This document shows positions 58,237-64,000 of a stretch of DNA of 64,000 bases, in pieces. The stretch spans positions 43,948-107,947 of the forward strand of contig CAZRIX010000001.1 in NCBI GenBank assembly GCA_964600255.1, given 5' to 3'. Position numbers and translations under genes: made by a program. The notes under the pieces are model-generated. The model was not told the DNA's origin. It ran no database searches and was given only the letters and a program-made list of their open reading frames with translations. The DNA comes from an uncultured Candidatus Saccharibacteria bacterium. Its GTDB lineage: Bacteria > Patescibacteriota > Minisyncoccia > Phycocordibacterales > PALSA-1337. How positions within the stretch are numbered: position 1 is the first letter of the stretch; every line of letters begins with the position of its first letter.

Positions 58237-60657
58237 TTAATTTGTAACTGACTTTGCTGTACTCTTCTCTTTTATTGGTAAAGTCGTTCGCTTCTCTGGC
58301 TTACTATCTATAGGAGCTGGCGCATCATTGAAAGGTGATCTTCCCTTTCTTAAATTTGATAGGATCAAGTTTACCTCCGCATTGTCTGGATTAGAAACAA
58401 CCAGACTCTCAAACTGATCTATAGCTTCTGCCATCTTATTTAGACGTGCATACGATAGTCCCAAGAAGTACTGTGCGTTAGCATATTTTTCGTCTAATTT
58501 TAATGCTTGTGTTAATGAATCGATAGCTAGCTGGTAATTTTTATCATTATACTGCAACAAACCAAGCTGGAAGTGTAGTAGCGGATTCGCTGGACTAATT
58601 TTGATTGCATATTGTACAGAAGTAATTGCCTCCTTGGTCTGACCTTGGTTGACCTGTATCTGTGATAGTAGGAATATCGGATCTATATAATTTGGTTTTA
58701 ATTGTAATGATACTCCTATATTTCTCTGCGCTTCATCCAGTTTATTCTGTGACACTTCTAGTCTCGCTAGTGATAGATAAATAGAAGGATCATATGGATT
58801 GTATTTTAGAGCTGAAGCATATGCACTTTTGGCATTCTCATATGCATTTTCAACCTTTAGAGAGAGAGCGACTTCAGATATGCGAGCCTCTGCTAGATAG
58901 TTGTAATGATCTGTGTTATCTATAGCAATAGCCTTTCTACTATAATCCACAGCCTGAGTCACTAGATCACTAATCTGCTTTAAGATAGCTTCATTGTCCT
59001 TTGAATTACCGTTTGCTGAGTTTGACTGTAGTTGTCTAGAGAGACTTGAAATTCCAATAATGTTCACTTCAGATAGAGCTTGGTAGTATGAATCTGACTT
59101 ATCAAGCATAACTGCTTTTTCAAATGAAGACTTAGCCTTGTCTATGTCTATCAAACCAGTCGCACTATCTTTAGTATCAAGAATCTTAACACCTCTATGG
59201 AAATATGTGAGTCCAACAATCTTCATACCGAACAACACTACCCACACGACGAGCAATAACAGGAATATTAATATACCTGCAGACAAAATTCTTCGAACAA
59301 ATTTTCCATTATCATCATGGATGTTAACAAGTTTCAGATGCCCGCTATTTACAAGAGATGCAACAAACACTCCACTCATAACAAAGGTTAGCAGTAAAAC
59401 AACATGTGAAGGTACATAAACTAGACATACTAACCACAAAAATACTGAGGAAAAGAAAGCTGATGTAGTAAAGTATTTTGACTGTCCGTTACTTTTTTCT
59501 ATCAGAGAACTGTATCCAGTGCGTATAAATGAAGTCAAGAAAAGTATCCAAACTATGAGTCCTAGTATACCTTGTGTAACTACATAAGTAGGGATCAATC
59601 CAAAACCACTATTGAACTCTGCACTCCACAAGTTCGTTGGGTTTACATCATTGAATGGTTTATACTTCAAATACTGTCCGGCAAACCTATTTGGACCAGA
59701 GCCTAGGATAGGTGACTCTATGATAGTTTTTGAAGTTATATCCAAAGTCATTTGCCATGGTAGAGAAACCTCGGTTGGCAATATATTGAGTTTTGTTTGT
59801 AGCTTTGATAGTACTGGCCCACTACCGACGAATCCTAGAACAAATACTAGAGTAATAATAACAGCCATCCATGGAGTGTTCTTTATGATTGAAGATAGAC
59901 TTTTTATATTTACCTCGGATATGTAGTATTCGTATGCAACTACAAACAAAAATACGATAGATAGAACCCCTAGTATTACTTTATAGTTGACGAGCATTAT
60001 GAGCGCAATCGCAATTGCCATTATTCCAAAAAGAATGCCATTATATAACTTAGTTACATTTAAAACTTTGATCGTGCTATATGAAATCAGTGATACCAAT
60101 CCAGATAGTATAGCCAGGTCTCCCCACTTACCGAGAATCGTTGAAGTAGAGTAAGGTAATATGCCTAGAGATAATGTATCTGATCCGAATGCGAATCTTG
60201 AAATATGAAATACAGCAAGTAAACCGAACGAAGCAATTATCGCCCCGTATATGTAAAAGAATCTATCCTTATTCTTGTAAGTTAGATTGATAGTGGCCAA
60301 TGCAGACAAAAACAATATAAAAATAAAGCTCGCAGTGCCAGACTCAAATCCTTGACCAAACAAAGACTTTGAAATATTTGAACTGAACAAGGTTGAAAGA
60401 GACACGGAGGCAAGTATCAAAATTGAAAAGATTGAAATAGAATGACGAGGTATTGCTACAATTTTGTTCTTAAATATCGATACAGCGAGTACAATTGCAG
60501 TCACCAGCACTCCAAAAGTTATAAACACACTCTTTGCCAATTCGATAGGTACAAACTTTGAAGATACGAATATTAGGGGAGAGATAATAACGGTCAGAAT
60601 TAACAGAAAGTATGCCAGATTCTCGAGTCTACTTTTCTTTGTTGGATGAGTGTCCAT
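58237..60657 (-). CDS. Polytopic O-antigen-ligase/polymerase-like (Wzy_C-type) membrane protein with C-terminal TPR repeats
   Basis: ~12 N-terminal TM helices. ~300-aa C-terminal extracytoplasmic region with multiple TPR units (AQYFLGLSYARLNKMAEAIDQFE...). Confidence 0.45.
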   Translation of the reverse strand: MDTHPTKKSRLENLAYFLLILTVIISPLIFVSSKFVPIELAKSVFITFGVLVTAIVLAVSIFKNKIVAIPRHSISIFSILILASVSLSTLFSSNISKSLFGQGFESGTASFIFILFLSALATINLTYKNKDRFFYIYGAIIASFGLLAVFHISRFAFGSDTLSLGILPYSTSTILGKWGDLAILSGLVSLISYSTIKVLNVTKLYNGILFGIMAIAIALIMLVNYKVILGVLSIVFLFVVAYEYYISEVNIKSLSSIIKNTPWMAVIITLVFVLGFVGSGPVLSKLQTKLNILPTEVSLPWQMTLDITSKTIIESPILGSGPNRFAGQYLKYKPFNDVNPTNLWSAEFNSGFGLIPTYVVTQGILGLIVWILFLTSFIRTGYSSLIEKSNGQSKYFTTSAFFSSVFLWLVCLVYVPSHVVLLLTFVMSGVFVASLVNSGHLKLVNIHDDNGKFVRRILSAGILIFLLLLVVWVVLFGMKIVGLTYFHRGVKILDTKDSATGLIDIDKAKSSFEKAVMLDKSDSYYQALSEVNIIGISSLSRQLQSNSANGNSKDNEAILKQISDLVTQAVDYSRKAIAIDNTDHYNYLAEARISEVALSLKVENAYENAKSAYASALKYNPYDPSIYLSLARLEVSQNKLDEAQRNIGVSLQLKPNYIDPIFLLSQIQVNQGQTKEAITSVQYAIKISPANPLLHFQLGLLQYNDKNYQLAIDSLTQALKLDEKYANAQYFLGLSYARLNKMAEAIDQFESLVVSNPDNAEVNLILSNLRKGRSPFNDAPAPIDSKPEKRTTLPIKEKSTAKSVTN

Positions 60658-60737
60658 AATAAAATTTCAAGCGAATTATTAATAATCGAATATCACTTAT
60701 TATATCAAACAAAAAACCTCCTGTTAAGGAAGTTTTT

Positions 60738-61098
60738 TGATGTAACATATCGATAAGCCGAGTTCTGTACTTGGAAGTTTACACGACCAAGCGACAATCA
60801 TTTATCTGGGATTTACTTTACAGTAAACCTCAAGCGGCACTCTCAGTAGGTATTACTACCTACCAAGCACGGCCTTGCACTCAGGTAAGGATTTTGCCGT
60901 TGCACCTTGTATGTTGCCATACAAACTAATCCTAACGGATCCACTAGTCGTTTCCAACCAGTGCGTCTCTGTTCGCACCTCGCACCTCACGGCGGACGGG
61001 CGTTACCCGCTACCCTTTTAGAAGATTGCTCCTCCAAAGTGCTCGGACTTTCCTCTATTTATGCTTACGCATATACAGCGATTGTCTGATATGTACAA
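60738..61098 (-). ncRNA. rnpB: RNase P RNA (bacterial type)
   Basis: Minus strand carries the P4 halves GAGGAAAGUCCGAGC and ACAGAACUCGGCUUAUCG, plus GGGUAACGCC. P1 pairing UGUACAUAUCAGA with UCGAUAUGUUACA sets the ends. Confidence 0.8.
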
Positions 61099-61151
61099 AT
61101 ACTATACCATATTTTGATTAAAAAGGCTAGTTTGAGGTATTCTTGTTTTAA

Positions 61152-61178
61152 GAAAAAACTCTCTAGTGAGAGCTTTTT
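61152..61178 (-). terminator. Intrinsic terminator of nrdB
   Basis: GCTCTC-ACTA-GAGAGT stem followed by TTTTTTCTT on the minus strand. Confidence 0.5.
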
Positions 61179-61195
61179 CTAATTAGTATTTACAT

Positions 61196-62206
61196 TTACT
61201 CTTCCTTCGGCTTGTCGTCCTTCTTCTTTCCGTGTGCGTGTGAGTCTACTTCATAACTTGTATTCTGAGCTTCAAAAAAGTTCACTAGTTCGAATACATC
61301 GGTTGCTGTACTCATCCACTTTGCTGGATTTGTTACATTATAGAACTTTGGGAAACCTAACTCCTCTAGTCTTCTGTCTGTTACATACTTTACATACTGA
61401 TTTACATAGTCAGCATTCAGACCAAGAATTCCATTTGGGAATAGGTCCTTATTGTATTCAACCTCTAGATTCACTCCCTCAATGATTATATTTCTGATCT
61501 CATCAGCGAATTCTGCTGACAATAGTTCTGGATTTTCTTCTAGAATATTGTGAATCAAGTTCATTCCGAACTTGAGGTGTAGACTTTCGTCTCGTAGCAC
61601 CCAGTTGATCATTGAACCGAAGTTTCTAAGTTGCTTTCTCTGACGGAAAGATAGAACCACCATGAATCCTGAGTAGAACCATATACCTTCCATCACGATG
61701 TTTGTTGCAACAAGATTACGAATGAAATCCTTCTTACCTTCTGGAGTTTCTACGTCTAGAGTGGTCTCTGTCATTCTCCTCATGTACTTGTTTATGTAGT
61801 TCTCCTTTGCAATCATTGATGGGACTGAGACATGGTGATTGAAAACCTTCTCACGATCAAATGGGAATGTTTCTAGAACATACTCGAATGCCACACAATG
61901 GTTGGCTTCTTCCCACATCTGCTTTGCAAGGTAAAGATGACACTCTGGAGATTTCAAATATGGATATATTCCTAAAGCGATTGATCTATTTACAATCAAT
62001 TCTGCTGGATTAAAGAACGCCATCAAGAACTCAACAGCATGCTTTTCATCCTCGGTCATATTCTTCCAGTCATCAAGATCCTCTTTCAAAGTAATCTCGT
62101 GTGGAAACCAGGTATTTCTTACGGCTTGGTTATACAAGTCATAAGCCCATTTATACTTGATTGGGTGTAAACTTGTATCTTCTGGTGCAGCTTTTCCTAT
62201 AAGCAT
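61196..62206 (-). CDS. nrdB: Class I ribonucleotide reductase small (beta) subunit
   Basis: Di-iron ferritin-like EExxH motifs (WEEANHCVAFE, RDESLHLKF). Tyr-radical region. 336 aa. Confidence 0.85.
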   Translation of the reverse strand: MLIGKAAPEDTSLHPIKYKWAYDLYNQAVRNTWFPHEITLKEDLDDWKNMTEDEKHAVEFLMAFFNPAELIVNRSIALGIYPYLKSPECHLYLAKQMWEEANHCVAFEYVLETFPFDREKVFNHHVSVPSMIAKENYINKYMRRMTETTLDVETPEGKKDFIRNLVATNIVMEGIWFYSGFMVVLSFRQRKQLRNFGSMINWVLRDESLHLKFGMNLIHNILEENPELLSAEFADEIRNIIIEGVNLEVEYNKDLFPNGILGLNADYVNQYVKYVTDRRLEELGFPKFYNVTNPAKWMSTATDVFELVNFFEAQNTSYEVDSHAHGKKKDDKPKEE

Positions 62207-62312
62207 ATTTATTTATTATTTAAGATTAATAATTTTAAAATCAACACAACTTTACATCTTCGCTTTGGACATTGCAAGTTCCTGCTATTTAACCGAACAC
62301 TAGCCAGAAACC

Positions 62313-64000
62313 TTACTGACAAGCCTCGCACTGTGCCAACTCTGCAGGATCAACTGGGCATACCAAAGGTTTAGTCTTTACTTGAACACTTGGATTCTTA
62401 CTAAGTTGTTGCATTATCTGCTCCTTTGATAAAGCCTCAGATGATGCCTTGGGAATTTCCTTTGCTGGCTCAGGAGCTTTGAATTCGACTGAAGGAGCAC
62501 TAGATATGGGAGCAGTAGCTATGTTAACTACAGGTGTGGGTGCCTGGGACACAACTGAACTGGCAACTGATACAGGAGTAGTGACTGAAGCAAATGAGGG
62601 TTTCTCTGTCTGCATAACCAATGGAATACTCTGCTGTATTGTTGCTGCTTCCATAATCTCTTCTCGCACTTCCTCTCTAGAAAAATTTGGCTTTACTACG
62701 TTTGTAACTTCAACTAGTGGTACTTGTATTGGACTTTCTATAGGTGCCTTTACTTCAACAACGTTGTCGGTAGCTAGCTTTGCAGAAGCAACCGCCGCAA
62801 ATCCCTTCTTACCGAGCTTCTCAGCTTTGTTCACCTTTACTGTACTTTGTTCTGCAGTATGGCGAGGCTTCATGTGTAGATAGTATGTTGACTTCAATCC
62901 TTTCTTCCAAGCTGTAGTATAGATATCCATAGTCTCATCTATATCGCGAGTTTCAAGATACATATTTCTTGATAGAGCCTGATCAACCCACTTCTGAGCA
63001 CGTGCAGCAACTTCTACGTAAGCATAAGGTGAAGTTGTGAATGAGGTTTTATATACGTCCTTGATGTGCTGAGGGATTCCAGGAATATTTGCAATGTCAC
63101 CTTGATTTTCGATGATAGCATCCTTAACTTTTTCCCAAATTCCCATATTCTTCAAATCTTTTACCAGGTTGTTGTTGATGTCAAAATACTTACCTGAGAT
63201 TTTATTTCTAGAGAAAACTTGAGCGAAGCGTGCATCGATACCTGGAGTAGTTCCTACCACTAGACCGATATTTGCATTTGGAGCAACTGCCATTAGTGTT
63301 GCGTTTCGGATTCCCTTCTTGACCTTCTGTCGTAGAATTTCCCAGTTTAGACCCTTGTGCTTGCTCTGAGTATCCACTGTAACATCAATTCCTCTTTCAT
63401 CTGAGAGTTTCTTTATAGAGTCTACTGGCACACGACCCTTTGACCATTCAGAACCCTCAAAGTTACTATATGATCCTCTCTCCTGTGCTAGATTTGTACT
63501 TTCATCTATAGCCATGTAACTTACGAACTCAAATATTCTATCTGCAAAGTCCCAAGCATGCTCACTGTCATAAGCCATACCAAGCTGTTCGATAGTATCT
63601 GCAAATCCCATCACACCAAGACCTATTGCACGATTTGCTTTGTCTGACTTTGTAGCTTCTGCAACTGGAAGTACGTTTATATCGATCAAGTTATCGAGCT
63701 GTCTTACTGCCAAACGAACACTTTCCTCTAGTCTAGACCAGTTTATTTCTTTGTTCTTAATGTGAGCAGCTAGGTTTAGAGATGCTAGGTTACATACAGC
63801 AATATTATCCTTGTCCTGTGGTAGACAAATCTCAGTACACAAGTTAGACATGTGTATTGTTCCTGTATTGTTGTTTAGAGCACGGAGGTTTATTGTGTCC
63901 TTCCATACCAACCATGGATGTGATGTTGACTGTAGAGATGTAAGAATCTGTCTGTATTGTTCTTTTGCAGGAACTTTCTTGAACATTACCATTTCTCCCT
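62313..64000 (-). CDS. nrdA: Class I ribonucleotide reductase large (alpha) subunit. C-terminal part only; the gene runs off the window edge.
   Basis: Active-site NLCTEI motif. C-terminal Cys pair CEAC. An unusual ~150-aa low-complexity Pro/Ala/Ser/Val linker precedes the C-terminus. Confidence 0.8.
   Translation of the reverse strand, partial: GEMVMFKKVPAKEQYRQILTSLQSTSHPWLVWKDTINLRALNNNTGTIHMSNLCTEICLPQDKDNIAVCNLASLNLAAHIKNKEINWSRLEESVRLAVRQLDNLIDINVLPVAEATKSDKANRAIGLGVMGFADTIEQLGMAYDSEHAWDFADRIFEFVSYMAIDESTNLAQERGSYSNFEGSEWSKGRVPVDSIKKLSDERGIDVTVDTQSKHKGLNWEILRQKVKKGIRNATLMAVAPNANIGLVVGTTPGIDARFAQVFSRNKISGKYFDINNNLVKDLKNMGIWEKVKDAIIENQGDIANIPGIPQHIKDVYKTSFTTSPYAYVEVAARAQKWVDQALSRNMYLETRDIDETMDIYTTAWKKGLKSTYYLHMKPRHTAEQSTVKVNKAEKLGKKGFAAVASAKLATDNVVEVKAPIESPIQVPLVEVTNVVKPNFSREEVREEIMEAATIQQSIPLVMQTEKPSFASVTTPVSVASSVVSQAPTPVVNIATAPISSAPSVEFKAPEPAKEIPKASSEALSKEQIMQQLSKNPSVQVKTKPLVCPVDPAELAQCEACQ

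Noticed and set aside
60907-61089. 60-aa plus-strand ORF
   Set aside because: It lies inside the RNase P RNA gene.

Overview
AT-rich (~35-38% GC), gene-dense bacterial window with short genes and many start/stop overlaps. The gene content looks like a Patescibacteria/CPR-type genome, but that is inference. It has a minimal type IV pilus set (PilB, PilC, several prepilin-like proteins) and a glycogen module built from unusual enzymes. It also has FtsA/FtsZ, MurJ, a D-Ala-D-Ala carboxypeptidase and class I RNR. No rRNA, CRISPR array, transposase or integrase is recognisable. Housekeeping calls include valS, gyrA, rpsA, pth, lepB, ybeY, ftsA, ftsZ, trxB, mscL, tsaD, lepA, murJ, nrdAB, four tRNAs (Glu-UUC, Val-GAC, Phe-GAA, Arg-CCU) and an RNase P RNA the ORF track cannot show. 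Five features stand out. (1) Several discrete islands of much higher GC (~45-55%) sit in the AT-rich backbone. They carry an adenylate-kinase-like gene, a three-gene membrane-protein island, a desaturase and a secreted protein. The 16.0-18.6 kb island has two transcription units behind near-identical consensus sigma70-like promoters. Each is followed by a conserved ~90-nt leader whose hairpin shows compensatory base changes. (2) Six tandem paralogous small genes (18.6-21.3 kb) encode signal peptide, TM helix, short conserved loop, TM helix. This is VirB2/TrbC-like conjugative-pilin architecture. They appear to be co-transcribed with a methyltransferase and a membrane-anchored binding-protein-like gene. 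(3) A 2026-aa surface protein is built from two tandem copies of a discoidin-like plus GH43-like beta-propeller module, followed by FN3/Ig-like repeats. (4) A glycogen catabolic module combines a eukaryotic-type phosphomannomutase, an archaeal cupin-type phosphoglucose isomerase, GlgA, a GH57 enzyme and an alpha-glucan phosphorylase. (5) An orphan MazF/PemK-like toxin gene lies beside a promoter-plus-terminator unit that could specify a ~55-nt RNA. All functional calls rest on motif recognition in the translated ORFs. No database search was possible.
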